Shown here piece by piece: positions 63,201 to 64,000 of a stretch of 64,000 nucleotides of DNA (the stretch's first letter is position 1; each line of letters starts with the position of its first letter). The DNA is taken from NCBI RefSeq assembly GCF_022045235.1, contig NW_027266275.1:29016001-29080000 (forward strand), in the 5' to 3' direction. The notes under the pieces are model-generated. The model was not told where the DNA came from. It was given only the letters and a program-made list of their open reading frames with translations, and did no database searches. Source of the DNA: Haliotis cracherodii (lineage: Eukaryota). The position numbers and the translations under genes were made by a program.

Positions 63201-63972
63201 TCACTACAAGACATACAATGACTTGCTATGACAGGAGAAGCCAAATTATTTCGAGATCCACAACACATCCATCATGTCCCGATCCAGTGTATGTTTTTTT
63301 CTGTTTTAAAGGCTGAGGACAAATTACTCTTTCCGAGCATTTTGGGGAACAGAAGAATATTTGTCTTAAAAAGTTCCAGAAGTGCAGTGCCATCTCTCAA
63401 TATCACTTCCAAATAATGTATATATTTCATACTTCAATGAAATATCAAAGCAGTTGGCAATTATAGGGTTAACCCGTGAAGATCCAGGGTAAAATAGGTC
63501 TTCAGCAACCCATGCTTGTCGTGAAGATCCCGGGTAAAAAAAGTCTTCAGCAACCCATGCTTGTCGTAAAAGGCGACTATGCTTGTCGTAAAAGGCGACT
63601 ATGCTTGTCATAAGAGGTGACTAACGGGATCGGGTGGTCAGACTCGCTGAATTGGTTGATGCATGTCATTGTATCCCAATTGCGTGGATCGATGCTCATG
63701 ATGTCAATCACTGGAAGGTCTGGTCCAGACTAGATTATTTACATCATATAGCTGGAATATTGCTGAGTGCTGCATTAAACAACCAACCAACCAACCAACC
63801 AACCAACCAACCAACCAACCAACCAACCAACAAACAAACAAAATTGTAGGATCATGATATTTCTGTACAGAGGGATGTTAAACTGTAAAAAACATGCAGG
63901 ACTTCTGACAACAGTGCACCAACCTTCTTGTTTTCTCCAAGTCTGTGCTTTTCTATGCTCTTACGCACCAGT
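53652..63972 (-). CDS. ZGRF1: ZGRF1-like 5'-3' DNA helicase (SF1B, DNA2/NAM7-like), 3' partial, 10 exons
   Basis: Exons (minus): 63972-63924, 62773-62696, 62188-62087, 61654-61571, 60865-60737, 59945-59734, 57752-57624, 57179-57070, 54960-54760, 53929-53652, with compatible phases. Motifs: VRVVGATCAAC, VVLDECSQMTEP, LVGDPKQLDPTIQGSEAAH..GLEQTLFDRL, LRTQYRCHP, IGVITLYKAQ, VSTVDAFQGGEKD, RANVALTRAR. The GS.AAH..GLEQTLFDRL stretch points to ZGRF1 rather than UPF1/SETX/IGHMBP2. The last two exons are less certain. Confidence 0.92.
54048..54301 (-). mobile_element. SINE-like family B copy
   Basis: Reverse-complement match to 30550-30815. Confidence 0.88.
55270..57030. repeat. Minisatellite, 27-bp unit (GACTGTGAAAGATATGACAGGTACATG), over 60 copies, in two blocks
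   Basis: Direct tandem repetition. A ~50-bp non-repeat flank (about 55229-55278) recurs at about 56437-56486. Confidence 0.97.
57277..57320. repeat. (GAT)n microsatellite
   Basis: Visible in the sequence. Confidence 0.95.
58700..59600 (-). mobile_element. Decayed non-LTR retrotransposon (CR1/L2-like) ORF2 3' fragment
   Basis: Minus-strand pieces YGECGRYSI, MQESRLPPKCYNMLY...NWLTKLK and EHGRHYNIPREFRKCKVCNLNHIENEYHFLLICPAY (C-terminal CCHC motif), interrupted by frameshifts. Confidence 0.8.
60107..60472 (-). mobile_element. Full-length tRNA-derived SINE family D (MetaSINE-like core) with a 13-bp target-site duplication
   Basis: tRNA head TGGTCTAGTGG...GGTTCGATC, core GACTGGTCAGCTCGGAGTCAG...CAGTGAGCTAGCACTATAA resembling recalled molluscan MetaSINEs. 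TSD TACCACTTAATGA at 60094-60106 and 60473-60485. Partial copies near 1780-1930, 28158-28300, 39465-39601 and 43925-44130. Confidence 0.9.
60903..61142 (-). mobile_element. SINE-like family B copy
   Basis: Reverse-complement match to 30550-30815. Confidence 0.85.
63472..63842 (+). mobile_element. SINE-like family B copy with duplicated 5' modules and (AACC)n tail
   Basis: The GTGAAGATCC...CCATGCTTGTC head is present twice and the hairpin module three times. Confidence 0.88.
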
Positions 63973-64000
63973 CTGTGGAGATACACAGCTACAGTTACTC

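Overview
Eukaryotic, intron-rich animal genomic DNA. The SINE repertoire looks molluscan (gastropod/abalone-like), which is an inference. Four spliced genes were reconstructed by hand with frame-consistent GT-AG junctions: the last four exons of ASH2L (+, preceded by at least 16.5 kb with no recognisable exon), a complete 11-coding-exon GGPS1 (-, 306 aa), a complete FBXL15 (+, 288 aa, head-to-head with GGPS1) and the 3' ten exons of the SF1B helicase ZGRF1 (-). The rest is SINEs, MITEs, a LINE fragment, Penelope-like ends and about 13 minisatellite arrays, which account for nearly all long ORFs in the track. Points worth follow-up: (1) a U12-type intron in GGPS1 filled with a repeat carrying U2 donor motifs; (2) minisatellites that have amplified functional signals (splice acceptors, a possible 3-nt microexon cassette, the ZGRF1 stop codon); (3) a 7-copy 115-bp array in which each unit folds into a ~65-nt pre-miRNA-like hairpin on the minus strand; (4) the same TTTATT-N3-AATAAA palindrome between both convergent gene pairs; (5) enhancer/CTCF-like blocks in long introns. 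Gene identities rest on recalled similarity to human orthologues. No database search was run.
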